Source of the DNA: a virus
Lineage: Duplodnaviria; Caudoviricetes
Direction: 5' to 3' (one strand)
IMG/VR virus record: IMGVR_UViG_3300047554_000382
Location: 1 to 63,211 of that record
Length of the DNA stretch: 63,211 nt
Of the stretch, positions 42,801 to 50,170 are shown one piece after another (positions within the stretch are counted from its first letter, which is position 1; every line of letters begins with the position of its first letter). The position numbers were made by a program, and so were the translations under genes. The notes under the pieces were generated by a model. That model searched no databases, was not told where the DNA came from, and saw nothing but the letters and a program-made list of their open reading frames with translations.

Positions 42801-44636
42801 GGTTTCAAATTCTAAAGGAGTTGTGTCGGCTTCTTCTGTTAAATTTATTTGACGGCGAATTCCAGAAAATACTTCTAGCTTATGTACTCCCGAGCCTATT
42901 TCAAAAATTTCTGTTTCAACGTAGAAGTTTTTATCATTGAATAATTTAATTGTAACGTCATCAATTACAGAAACATAATATGCTTTACGATTTATTAGGC
43001 CGTTTACATTTAAGTTTCCGTTGTTAAGATATAAGACTTGGTTACCAGTTGTTAATCCGTGATTAGTTTCAAATCTAATAGTATTGTTTTCTACATCAAT
43101 ATTAGTTAGAGCTAAAAATTCTAACTGTCTACCTGGATTAATTACATCAATAAAATTAACTTTAAAAATTTTACCGTTCACTAATCTGTCTTTGTCTGCA
43201 ACAAACAACACTCTCATTCCGTTGGCTAGATCAATGCCGTCAACGTTATAGCCAAGGCTTCCTTCAATTGTCGAGAATACATCTGTAGTAAAGGTGTCAA
43301 TTAAATCAACATTAGCTTTAGCCTTGTGGCCAAAATTAAATAATTTTAAATTTGGTTTAAATTCGATGATCGGTCTAATTGCTCGCTGTGCTTGATCGAG
43401 TTCAAGAGATTGACCGCTTAACTCGGCTGAAGCCGTAATAACATCTTGATGGAACCAACGATTATATCGACTCCATTGGTTTCTATCAATACTTCCTCTG
43501 CTGATTAAAACATAATCTTTATCTCGAGGAAATGCTGTTGCTGTACTAAAAGGATTTTGATCAAACGGCTCATCGTCAAATAACAGATTTTGTTCTTGAC
43601 TGTATCCACTGATAATTTCAAGATCGCTTTCAGAAATTAGCTTGATCGAATCTCCTACTCCTTCGACATACCAATAGCCAGTACTATAAACTTCAGGAGT
43701 TATGTTTCCTGAAAAATATAGCTTCATGCCGTTTGAAAGAGCAACACCGTTGCTCATTGTGTAAGTTTTCTTACCTAAAATTTCAGTTTCTACATCTAGA
43801 TATGTGTTTTCATCTATGTCTAAAATGTGAAATACACCGCCGGTGTTTGCATCTGTTTCACTGACATAGAACAGCACATCGGGCGTATTAACACCGACTG
43901 TAAAGGTAATCGTTCCGGATTGTACTGACGATGCTGACACTCCGTCAGAGTACTTTTCTAAATCTCCTGCTACTCTAGAAGTTTTAATTGTAAATGGATT
44001 ATTCGGCGAGTTAATTTCAAACTCGTAGGTTTGTCCTCTGTACAATGTCAATGTTGGGTTTCTGGTCAATCCATCTGGACTGAATAAAAATGCATAGTTG
44101 TCTACTTCGTCAACTACAGAAACTGTGTATCTACTAACAACATCTTGCTGTTGCCCTAAGACTTCTATCGGTGCCGGGCCGTAGGGTAACCAATAGTAAT
44201 TTTGGTAGTTTACAAACTTATCCCATTCAATGTGTGGGTCCCAAGAATAAAATTCTTGCGAGTTTAATTTTTGATGATTTTTAGTCGTACCACCAAGGAC
44301 ACTAATTTGATTAATATGATCGATGTAATCTTTGTAAAAATTTACATTACCTAAGTAGTCAATTACTACTGCTGAAGGTTCTAGCTGATAATCTTGTCTG
44401 GTTTTGTCAGATGCTTGCAAGAAAATATCTGAAGACGTAACAGCCTTGGCATTCTTTCTACCAATGTATCCGTTTACTTTTTTAACAGTACCCGGCTGAG
44501 TAAGTTGATCTAATGTTGAACCTAAGAACTTTTTGTTACCATCTGTTCTATAAAATCTTGGTAATAGGTCGGATGTAGACCTTTTTTCATTTTTTGAGAT
44601 TGGTAGATTTGGCTCTGATTGATTTTTGTTTGCCAT
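30834..44636 (-). CDS. giant (4600 aa) baseplate wedge / virion structural protein
   Basis: Uninterrupted 13.8-kb ORF, TAATG-coupled to gp6. FG-GAP-like repeats, G.GY...P.V.I.G repeats, W..Y..GD.V modules and Ig-like V.VNG repeats. Confidence 0.8.
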   Translation of the reverse strand: MANKNQSEPNLPISKNEKRSTSDLLPRFYRTDGNKKFLGSTLDQLTQPGTVKKVNGYIGRKNAKAVTSSDIFLQASDKTRQDYQLEPSAVVIDYLGNVNFYKDYIDHINQISVLGGTTKNHQKLNSQEFYSWDPHIEWDKFVNYQNYYWLPYGPAPIEVLGQQQDVVSRYTVSVVDEVDNYAFLFSPDGLTRNPTLTLYRGQTYEFEINSPNNPFTIKTSRVAGDLEKYSDGVSASSVQSGTITFTVGVNTPDVLFYVSETDANTGGVFHILDIDENTYLDVETEILGKKTYTMSNGVALSNGMKLYFSGNITPEVYSTGYWYVEGVGDSIKLISESDLEIISGYSQEQNLLFDDEPFDQNPFSTATAFPRDKDYVLISRGSIDRNQWSRYNRWFHQDVITASAELSGQSLELDQAQRAIRPIIEFKPNLKLFNFGHKAKANVDLIDTFTTDVFSTIEGSLGYNVDGIDLANGMRVLFVADKDRLVNGKIFKVNFIDVINPGRQLEFLALTNIDVENNTIRFETNHGLTTGNQVLYLNNGNLNVNGLINRKAYYVSVIDDVTIKLFNDKNFYVETEIFEIGSGVHKLEVFSGIRRQINLTEEADTTPLEFETVLINQGLINQGLMYWYNGSDWILGQTKTEVNQEPLFDLFNSDELSFSDSTAYDSSTFKGNKIFSYKRGTGTADTELKFPLTYKNINNIGDITFEFNLLNDTFEYKEITLVKSETTDVGYVRKISDLNVFSYENGWKTSLVENYQPVIRIFNGTETTNNFVIDCFDNITDLTDLVVKVYINGLRVDKSKYSIVTTSSKMKVVLATPAATTDVVTLKLYTAQEKNNNGHYELPINFQNNPLNDNLTEFTLGQVIDHVDSIIDNLNDFNGVFPGTGNLRDLGNVTPYGVKFVQHSGSLNLSLYHLGSKTSNVFKALDKAREDYGKFKRAFLVTAASLGIDADTKEHVDFVLKEMSKDKPKTTPYYLSDMFGYTGYDRLEYTVLDSRIKTYPLSDSFTLASLSNKAINVYLNGTQLVHGKDYVFGDDIFFEILTDLTVDDLIEVYEYKSTDGSFCPPTPTKLGLYPKFEPAIYLDTSYQEPTNVILGHDGSITVAFGDFRDDLILDLEKRIFNNIKVEYNKDIFDIFNFITGYNRSTDFSKEETDQILGRFFYQWTATINQDFTKQTGYDRLNPFTFNYRGNYADDGSAVPAYWRGIYKWLFDTDQPHLRPWECLGLSIEPSWWQDVYGPAPYTSDNKILWEDLSKGLLKEPGKPARTLEQFIRPILEKSIPVDEDGNLLDPVYANAVNGYIRPTEGGYYVFGDQAPVETAWRRSSYYPFALIQTALLLKPNMVLGTCLDRSRIVKNLTNQLVYSDTGLRLKLKDLAVPSTALSDTRVQTAGLINYVVEYLTSDTTALIDQYKEELATLTNRIGSKLGGFTSKAKFKILLDSKSPTSSGGVFVPEENYNIFLNTSSPTRKLVYSGVMITKFADGFEVRGYNLDEPFFTYYPWVLTGRTIRIGGISETFVEWTPDRYYVVGKVVSVNNQYFRVKVSHQSGATFDSDLFTRLPELPVIGGREAELRKQWDLNTEITIGYGTKFEKIQEVVDFLQGYGTYLEKQGFVFDEFNTNTKTVNNWETSIKEFLFWTTQNWAEGSVLSLSPAASTLVANLNNEVVDNILDTFYGYKIFRVDGQKLEPDFTNLFRDQGSFSLSVTNSNHGIYGATLYLIQKEHVLLLDNTTLFNDTIYDVEPGYRQDRVKVLGYMSKDWSGGFNIPGFIFDQARIVDWTSWTDYNLGDIVKYKEFYYTASKFLPGAAEFNSDDWIIQTDKPVPTLYSNWDYRAEQFTDFYDLDTDNFDAEQQRLAQHLIGYQKRQYLENIVKDDVSQYKFYQGMIIEKGTQNVFNKLFDVLSADNQESLTFNEEWAVRVGQYGSVDAFNEIEFSLDESQFKINPQPVELTSTIDPNVVDFVYRQRPSDIYIKPVGYNNNPWSVTDTTEFLRTPGYVKYENVKLNVDVLADAANYDISTFVEGDYVWCAFEGRDWNVYRFTKTDFKIEDVEYSNGTLSLTCSALPELRAGDIIGIENSELIKGFHVIDSITLRTINIKKKITNWEPFSDSSEILTYKFNEARVSHIDSLNSILPREIKPNELVWVDDNGQGKWSVYQNLPVYTRNQLASSNITENLNFGKAVSVSKDGKTALVSTNSSVLVYTRGADKDEWIETQTIFSEQDVATIESDEYGTSTAVSEDGVWLAIASPTASYVKTRWEGIYEPTSTYPSGSIVKVGTTHWKPTKDILGDGSTVNRFTQDWESVSLINTDETAVASTYESQGLVEIYQRQITGAYELVESFVSPLPASNEKFGSKMKFAKNDSEYVLAVSSAGFDSNQGRVYMFRYGATVDDSGIAWHMDYNRNYLGMFDAGSYYYPGDIVFYNQDLHRCVSEVQGTFEENTSCWELLYDQNILGYFPHDIVTSEVDADVSYSPTASQSVESVFAGDYFGYDFDLTSNGSTLVISAPGADQTSYNNYKGRFRENIVYSGGQVVYAYGAYRQCAVEETTPGPINYSDWVILSESRITNTGKVFVYSFNGEGYDLVDTLGSQNILIDSQERFGESVDLSDSGSYLAIGSILSDSKKVDQGKVSIFESYSGTYSALQTIYSPKNEINENFGASVFFLDNDEGLAVFSANGDIFRRTTFDDLTTSFDNETLAVIDKAIDAGRIDIFDRYSNTFVYGESLDTDATIYENYGNSIAVSNRTILVGAPRRDDSTVSEDIDVGIVYSYSKPIGEKSWTVLYEKTEKPNLKKIKKAFIYDSITNELISYLDIVDPVQGKIPGPADQEIKYKTFFDPATYSVGTDAVTVDEGMNWTKNQVGSLWWDLTRAKFLENQAGSVVYRSTTWNRLYESASIDLYEWVETKYLPSEWDKLSTTDKGIAQGITGKSKYGDAVYSVKKKYDSVSRTFTNTYYYWVKDKTTIPSVPGRINSASNLASLIADPIAYGYPCLALTGSNSFSLVNLTNLVVGKNTKLNVQYWLIDDQEINAHSQWKVISEHPNTVIPTKIEQKWFDSLVGKDINDRTVPDLNLPIKLRYGVEFRPRQSMFVNRIEAVKQFIERTNSVLAENLIVDDFNLSSLDRFDPEPTLVSGIWDVSIDTEAELRFIGTAQLRQARLTAVVEEGQIVDINIVDSGYGYVNAPYLKIAGAGSSAVIKSVINDQGQIVGVDILEAGTGYRDQDTTISIRPFAVLVKSDSSTFDKWSIYSWDKPTRTWSRTRSQAYDVTKFWQYQDWYATGYNQFTKIDHVVDNTYQLVVLNSQIGNIVQVKNVGTGGWLLLEKYADVASIDYTQSFKVVGRQNGTIQFSNKLYSFKNNVLGFDGPLFDADTYDNSASVELRIILETIRDYILVDNLRTEYLKLFFASARYALHEQTFVDWIFKTSFVKATHNAGNLTQKVTYNNDNLEDFESYVNEVKPYRTKVREYVSSYSKLDNASSSVTDFDLMPIVSSDRVVSTISSEVAEDGSIVTDYAGIDNYPWKHWQDNVGFKVTLIDIVDGGAGYIGTPVVTITGGFGSGASAKAFISNGKVNRIELVSQGSGYLKAPIVTISGGLVDGGTPATAIAVIEESLIRSNKISVKFDRISKNYILTELTDTETFTGTGSRLQWPLKWSPNIKTGSSLVTVDGVEVLRDDYTLATKKSTSKGFVSYSGTLTLATAPAAGATVEITYEKDFNHLSATDRINFYYNSGTGRLGKDLSQLMTGVDYGGVNITGLGFGVSGGWDALPWFSDAWDGFDAAFDDYIVTVGDSSYTFELPYVPAVGEEINVYVNGRRIDDPYFDLYDGVTVQPNGRTIPADGIVMNTIIGDGVLATVTLPNLTSEYPLDINEGDKVIFRKSTSDGSFLPRADEYDSQISGGDLTYSSATGLAPDDINIDGDGFVTPMTSHAPEEVVPGQVVDTVAIKVFHSPTGGAPKILFKNYVASGSDLAFTIGQNFPTARSVMVKVDDQFIEQTAYTIDWQNNQIIFEVAPAEKSIVSIISFSFNAETILDLDYFVSDGSTVEYLTKATWIEDAISSTVLVNGEVIDYELFRTDASYGTANQVGIRFGEPIAEGSVINYIIDLQYGDSSIYETSSIVQSQTIIADGSTLTHQLENLTSAMLPGVNLKPYETNVLVRVDQTFLRPPTVMYYTLENDNLSYSIPLHKFAEYGIDSNNIRLFINGEQLLPGREYVLDLAIMTVEISRIKYVEGAVLAIVADVENDYTITDSGTIELNTSYPEGTEIEVITFYNHSILGLDRTTDKMIPAVTLTADTSDYFAFTNKRGSKFALRKVVESDDRVWILKNGQLLTHSVDYFLDSDKLTVKLSDSLVDSDVIQVLAFTSPSVKDKIGFMQFKDMLNRVHYKRIHTNKSTILLTDLTQSDIEIVVENPNTITNPNRSKNLPGIIEINGERIEFFTKNGNRLGQLRRGTLGTGIPVVHSSGTVVQDIGVTETIPYQDQHVVETFISDGSTKTISLNYTLSSQNEVDVFVGGYRLKKADYSLFLESNGYPYSPEGDSTFEAEFTVNTGTTTLTLRDIVPENVKIVVIKKIGKLWSPFEERLIDSDNQIANFLKSAPVVEDYIP

Positions 44637-47600
44637 TAACTATTCCCCGAACTTGTTACATCTTGCTGGCTTATAACTGTGATTTCTGCTTCGATCGCAC
44701 CGGCACTTTTAATTTTGCTAGCAGTGATAGCAGAAATTATTTCAACGTCATCGATGCTTGCACCGTTGATAAAAATTTGATCTTTTTCAGCTCTAATTTC
44801 ATACAGACTACCGAATGTTAAATTATTTTGTTTAGGAACTATGATAAAGTTAACGATGTTCGGTGCTAGTCTATTCATAACATACGTAGATAGCTCACTA
44901 AAATAAAAGCTATCACCAAAGTCCCAATTTTCTAAACTAAAAAATTCATTGATTGCTGAAAGAACTCTAGACTTTACATCGTTATCACTGATTACAACTT
45001 CATCATTTTTAATAACTTTAAACGTGGCCTGTACATCTGAACTTGCTTTTTCTCCGAACAGCACTTTATATTTTACTGGATGATATATGATCTCATCGCT
45101 GATAGATTTAATCTTATTAAGCTGACCCGACATAAGATTATACAAATAATCAGTGCTTGGAGGCAGTGGCTCAGTCGCTAACGATCCTTTGATCCATTGT
45201 CTAAAAGTTCTATCGTATTGCTTAGTCAATAAAAATACATCGATTAAATTTGTAAGACCTGGGTCAATTCTTGATTCGTAATCAGCGTTATGTATGTACT
45301 GAAATTTTAAATTTTGTCTACCAACATATACTTTATAATCTAACGAAACAGTTAGTTCAGCAGTAGTTGTGTTCAACTGTTTAACAGTATCTGTATCGAC
45401 AAAATAAAAATATTGTCCGTTAGTATATAAAGATAGTGCCGATAAATCGCTTTCAGAATTTAATATTAAAACAGTTTGTGCTGAGTTACTAACCCATCGA
45501 TAATCTTCTTGTCCTGTCTGTACTTCATATCTTTCAAGTATCACATACTTGTTAAGTGGATCAGTAATAGGGTCAACAATGTCTTCAAATAAATTTGGAT
45601 CATCGACTATGCTGTCGTCATCTGTGTCGCTAAATGTAATTTGAATTTTCTTAGTATCTACATAGCCGTCAAGGCCTTTAAATTCTTCAGTAATTTCCCA
45701 ATCACGATCAAAGGTAAAGGGGCTTGTAGAATCAGGCTGTGTATTAATATTTAAAATTTTAATTTTGTCTTTTACCACAGTGTTAGTTCTTGTATCATAG
45801 ATTTTATCACTAGCATCATAGAAGAATCTAATCTGTGCATCACTTTCAAAAATATATCTTAATCGTCTTGATTTAACAGTATAAAACTCAGTATCAGTTG
45901 TAAACAAAACTAACCAGCTTGAATCAAGCTGTTGATTAGAGTTGTCGCCCTGTTTACCTAAACTAAAATTATTTGAAGTGTTTAGATTCACTTCAAATAT
46001 AATTTTCCATGTTTTAGTTTCAATGTCGTAGCGTAGACCAAATGGCTTATTTGCAAAAATTAAATCAACCATTGTTGCTATGGTATTTGATTCAATAGTT
46101 GTTCTCCAGACCGGGATAATTTGAGACAGTAGTGCAGAACTAGGAATAATATCATTAAGTACAACCGGTCCTGATCCGTCACTTAGAATACCTGTACCGC
46201 TGTTTGTTCCGTCGCCGGCTACTGACACAACCTTACACCATAGTGTTTTTGTAGAATGCTTTTCAGTTGGTGTTCCTGTGACTAACTGATTATTGTTTCT
46301 CTTATCAAAATATTTTCCTTCTGGTGCAACAAATTTTAATAAGGCACCGGCGGTAATAAATCGAAGATTTGTTCCAGTGTTAGACCCAGTTTTATAAGGC
46401 GTGGCATCTAAAGTATCACCAATATATCCAGTCGACATATTTGTCTCGGATGTCCTTGCATACCAACTTACATTTAAAGAATCTGTTGCAATTTTAAAGA
46501 ATTTTGAATAATAAAAATCTCTAAGACTATTTGATTCTAACACCTCTGATAACTGATTATAGATCACTGCTTCAATATCAGATCTAGATAGGTACTGAAA
46601 TCTAAAACTGTCAAAAAATTCTTCTCTGTAAAGGGCACCGTCATCACCAAATAAGTTTGTCTTTGAATATTTGCCTGTTGGATCGACTAGATCGAAATAT
46701 CTACTAATTCCACTTGAAGATCTATTAATCGCTTTTACCTTAACTATTTCTTGATTTACTGCTAGCGGACTAATATTATAATCCTCTCCAGTAATCATTC
46801 TATTTTGTGTGTAATAGGTTGCAGGAGCATTTGCCTTAATGCTAGTATTACTTTCTGTTTCGCTGGCATTTGCTACAGAACTCTGCAGAGCTAGAGAAAC
46901 AGTAAGTGTTTGTGCTTGACCTGTATTAGAAACATACGGTATCTCTAACGAAACGTTTCTAATATCTCTAGGATTAATCACATAAGAGATACCATTACTG
47001 GTTCTATAATAAACTCTAAACGAACCTTTTGGTAAATTTCCAAATGTGCCGTCACTGAAGATAAGGCTTATTCTATCACCGGCTCTGGTAATCACTCCGT
47101 AGATATTTCTAATGGTTTTCTTAAGGCTGTTATAGATAACATTGTTACCTTCCAATGCAGGCACTTTATCCCAATATTCAGTTTCTAATCCGTTTTGATC
47201 TAAACGATACAACCATACGTCGTCGTTGTTAATATTAATTGCATCAATGTCTATTGATTCATTAGTAGCTGGTTGGTCAATAGTGAACACGCCTTGGTTT
47301 AAAAGGCCTTGTCTAAAGTGAAGGAAGAATCCTGTATTGCTAGAACCGTTGCCTTTACCGTCGTTTCTATATAAGAATGCCAAACGGTTACCGACCAATG
47401 GAGGTTCTTCTACTATTGTTCCATCGCTCAATCCAGTCGAAACAACCTCAAAGGTCATATTTCGTCCGTCAACTGTCTTGCTAAATCCATATACTGGAAC
47501 GTCAGTGTTGTTTGACTGAAAACGATATTGTTCGGTAGGAATTCCATAGACGGTATCTTTGTCGTCTGGATTTCCAAATTGTCTGCTTGACGGTAGGGCC

Positions 47601-48085
47601 GCATTGACAACTTTAATAAATTGATCGTACCAGTTTGAATTAGCAGGATCGTTCCACCCTACTACTTGCCCTGATAGATTTCTGCCGTTAGAGTCATAGA
47701 CATTTTCTGTAGTGGATACTGTGGTAAATTTTAAAAGTCCCGATCCTGCTATGTTTCGTTTAGCGTTGTAACTTAGAAGTCTTGCAAGACGAAGAATGCT
47801 TTCTCGTCTTTCTGATAATTCTAAAAAGTTATCTCTAGCATTTAGGTCAGTTCTAAAAGCTAGACTCTGTCCAAGGAAGGCAATTAAATCAATTAAGGCT
47901 AGATATTCAGAGCTCTCAATGTAATCATTAAAGTCTTCTGGGTAATTTTCTCTAATATATTGGATCATTACCCTACGTAAATTTTCAAAGTCGTAGCTTT
48001 GGAAATCCGCATTTCTGAAACTTTGATATATGCGTTTCCAATCTTCTGCTACGAGTAATCTATTTTGTCTATCAGTTGCTGACAT
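44636..48085 (-). CDS. gp6: baseplate wedge subunit, T4 gp6-like
   Basis: DFENLR...EDFNDYIESS..LIDLIA...ENFL-like DNFL..RESILRLARLLSY; QNRMITGEDY; follows gp25. Confidence 0.85.
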   Translation of the reverse strand: MSATDRQNRLLVAEDWKRIYQSFRNADFQSYDFENLRRVMIQYIRENYPEDFNDYIESSEYLALIDLIAFLGQSLAFRTDLNARDNFLELSERRESILRLARLLSYNAKRNIAGSGLLKFTTVSTTENVYDSNGRNLSGQVVGWNDPANSNWYDQFIKVVNAALPSSRQFGNPDDKDTVYGIPTEQYRFQSNNTDVPVYGFSKTVDGRNMTFEVVSTGLSDGTIVEEPPLVGNRLAFLYRNDGKGNGSSNTGFFLHFRQGLLNQGVFTIDQPATNESIDIDAININNDDVWLYRLDQNGLETEYWDKVPALEGNNVIYNSLKKTIRNIYGVITRAGDRISLIFSDGTFGNLPKGSFRVYYRTSNGISYVINPRDIRNVSLEIPYVSNTGQAQTLTVSLALQSSVANASETESNTSIKANAPATYYTQNRMITGEDYNISPLAVNQEIVKVKAINRSSSGISRYFDLVDPTGKYSKTNLFGDDGALYREEFFDSFRFQYLSRSDIEAVIYNQLSEVLESNSLRDFYYSKFFKIATDSLNVSWYARTSETNMSTGYIGDTLDATPYKTGSNTGTNLRFITAGALLKFVAPEGKYFDKRNNNQLVTGTPTEKHSTKTLWCKVVSVAGDGTNSGTGILSDGSGPVVLNDIIPSSALLSQIIPVWRTTIESNTIATMVDLIFANKPFGLRYDIETKTWKIIFEVNLNTSNNFSLGKQGDNSNQQLDSSWLVLFTTDTEFYTVKSRRLRYIFESDAQIRFFYDASDKIYDTRTNTVVKDKIKILNINTQPDSTSPFTFDRDWEITEEFKGLDGYVDTKKIQITFSDTDDDSIVDDPNLFEDIVDPITDPLNKYVILERYEVQTGQEDYRWVSNSAQTVLILNSESDLSALSLYTNGQYFYFVDTDTVKQLNTTTAELTVSLDYKVYVGRQNLKFQYIHNADYESRIDPGLTNLIDVFLLTKQYDRTFRQWIKGSLATEPLPPSTDYLYNLMSGQLNKIKSISDEIIYHPVKYKVLFGEKASSDVQATFKVIKNDEVVISDNDVKSRVLSAINEFFSLENWDFGDSFYFSELSTYVMNRLAPNIVNFIIVPKQNNLTFGSLYEIRAEKDQIFINGASIDDVEIISAITASKIKSAGAIEAEITVISQQDVTSSGNS

Positions 48086-48106
48086 ACGCTCTTCCCGTTT
48101 ATATGG

Positions 48107-48139
48107 TATTTAGCGTAATTTATTATGTGCGTACTTAAT
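48107..48139 (-). promoter_or_regulatory. late promoter TAAATA with upstream ~18-bp motif
   Basis: Minus strand: ATTAAGTACGCA, 15 nt, TAAATA. Confidence 0.6.
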
Positions 48140-48578
48140 TTAATAAGCCGTTAGCTTGATCGAATTTAAATTGCAGTGCTTCTTGTATGTTGTAGGGCAA
48201 GTAAGTTAACACACATTCTACTTGGATTCCGCTTTCGTAGGTTGTTATAATAATCTGATCAACTTTAACCCTAGGGTCGTAATTGATGATCGTTTCTACG
48301 TTCTGTTTAACAAGATTTTTAAGTTCTTCGGTTAGTGGTTCAAACAAAATATCCCAGATTATTGTACCAAATGTGGGATTTTCTAGTCGCTCGCCTTGTC
48401 TAATGTGAAAGTGATTAATAATGTCCTGCTTAATTAATGCAAGATCATACAAAGAAAAACTTTCCGAATCAGCAGAAACTGTGCTAAAACCTTTATATGT
48501 TTTAGTCCCGGGCATAGTTTGAGCCTGAGAAGGACCCTTCACAGTAATTTTATCGTATAGTTTTGAATTAGCTGACAT
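48135..48578 (-). CDS. gp25: baseplate wedge subunit, gp25-like
   Basis: IRQGERLENPTFGTIIWDILFEP...YDPRV, the gp25/GPW signature. Confidence 0.9.
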   Translation of the reverse strand: MSANSKLYDKITVKGPSQAQTMPGTKTYKGFSTVSADSESFSLYDLALIKQDIINHFHIRQGERLENPTFGTIIWDILFEPLTEELKNLVKQNVETIINYDPRVKVDQIIITTYESGIQVECVLTYLPYNIQEALQFKFDQANGLLN

Positions 48579-48588
48579 AGTATAGTAT

Positions 48589-50169
48589 TTACTCTTGCTG
48601 TTCTTCCTCTTCTGGGCCCTTTAATTTTTCGAAGGTATCAGTGTTAGTAGTATAGAACGCCCAGTAATCAGGTACTGCTATTGCTTCCGACGTTTCTCTA
48701 TCTGTTTTTTCTGGTTTTACTGCCAACGGATCTAGGTTTTCATGGTGTGGCCAAGGTTCGTGAGTTGGCATGCGTTTTACTATTGTTTTAATAGGTTCTT
48801 CTGCAATTATATAAGAAAGTGTTTCTGATTCTGCATCTTCTACAATATCTTCAAGATCGTGTGTGGATAAGAAAACAGCAGGCGTTGCAGTGGCTGCGGC
48901 AGGCCCATTCATGTCAATCCTAGAAGCTGTTTCAACATGATTACCACCACTCTTAATGTTAGTGTCGCCGCCGGCAGTTAGGTTATTATCACCTCCAGTT
49001 GCAACATCAAGGTCTCCGACTGTGGTTATTTTTCCGTCGCCTTTAACTACTAGATTATAATCTGCGCCAACGTCAGTTTGAAATCTTTCTGCTGATTTTA
49101 AGTTGATATTTCTGCCGGCTTCAAAATTAATATCTCTATCAGCATAAAAATTAAAATCTTGTTTAGTTCTTATGCTTATACTATCTTCGGCATAGATATC
49201 AATTTTTCCATCGCTGGATAATTCAATCCAAGACGTTCCTCGGCTGTTTCCAATATAGATCAAATCTTCGCTGTTATGTAACAGTATTTGATGGCCAGTC
49301 CTTGTTCTTAAACGAATCAATTCGTTATGTGGAATAGTAACATCGCCGTCATCTTGATCTTGCTCAACTGCCGCATAATCTGGCGGGCCTTCAGTAGCGG
49401 GTGTTTTTCTTAAGAATTTGTCATCACCGTCATCCATGACGAAACTAGATCCACCTAGTCTACTTACAAAAGCATTAGCAATTTTATGTTCTGATTTACC
49501 GATCTTACCTTTTTTAGATTCAGGTTGTTTATCTACCGGTCCGGGAGTACTAATTCCAAATACTGCACTAGGAACTTCTCGCCTTGCGCTTGAGCTAGTA
49601 ATCCCTCTAATATCATCTTCTAATAATCCTTGCTGATCTAGGACTTTAGTGAACGGATGTTCTGGCTTAGGCAGCTTGGTAGGATCAAGAGCAACGTCTT
49701 GTATAACTTTATTATATTCCCCTACAGGAATACGTTCTTTTAAAGATTCTTTTGTATCTTCAACTACAAATTTTGTTGCCGCATACCCGGGCATCATAAA
49801 ATTCATATTTGTGTCAGGAACGCAGCCTATCCAGTATCCTTTCTTAGGATCACCGTCGACAAATAAACAAAGAACAATAGTTCCTACATCAGGTGGTACC
49901 ATCCACATGCCGTATGATTTTTGTGTATTATTATAATCGTCAGTTTCTGAGCCGACATAGTCAACACTGGTTACACCGTAGAATGGACTAAGGTATTTTA
50001 CAACACGTAACTGCCCTTCTTTGTCTTCGTCATTACCTACTTCACGTAGTAGTTGAACTTCTAAAGAACCCATGTATGTAGGGTCGAGGTGGCTTACTAC
50101 TTTTGCTAGGAATGGACCAGGGCGGCTATCGCCCGCGGCATCTGCTGATAATCTTTGTTCTACTGGCAT
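48589..50169 (-). CDS. gp5: baseplate hub spike, gp5/VgrG-like (no lysozyme domain)
   Basis: OB-fold (SYGMWMVPPDVG...GYWIGC), RTRTGHQI, beta-helix repeats, IDMNGP; start moved to ATG 50169. Confidence 0.75.
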   Translation of the reverse strand: MPVEQRLSADAAGDSRPGPFLAKVVSHLDPTYMGSLEVQLLREVGNDEDKEGQLRVVKYLSPFYGVTSVDYVGSETDDYNNTQKSYGMWMVPPDVGTIVLCLFVDGDPKKGYWIGCVPDTNMNFMMPGYAATKFVVEDTKESLKERIPVGEYNKVIQDVALDPTKLPKPEHPFTKVLDQQGLLEDDIRGITSSSARREVPSAVFGISTPGPVDKQPESKKGKIGKSEHKIANAFVSRLGGSSFVMDDGDDKFLRKTPATEGPPDYAAVEQDQDDGDVTIPHNELIRLRTRTGHQILLHNSEDLIYIGNSRGTSWIELSSDGKIDIYAEDSISIRTKQDFNFYADRDINFEAGRNINLKSAERFQTDVGADYNLVVKGDGKITTVGDLDVATGGDNNLTAGGDTNIKSGGNHVETASRIDMNGPAAATATPAVFLSTHDLEDIVEDAESETLSYIIAEEPIKTIVKRMPTHEPWPHHENLDPLAVKPEKTDRETSEAIAVPDYWAFYTTNTDTFEKLKGPEEEEQQE

Positions 50170-50170
50170 A

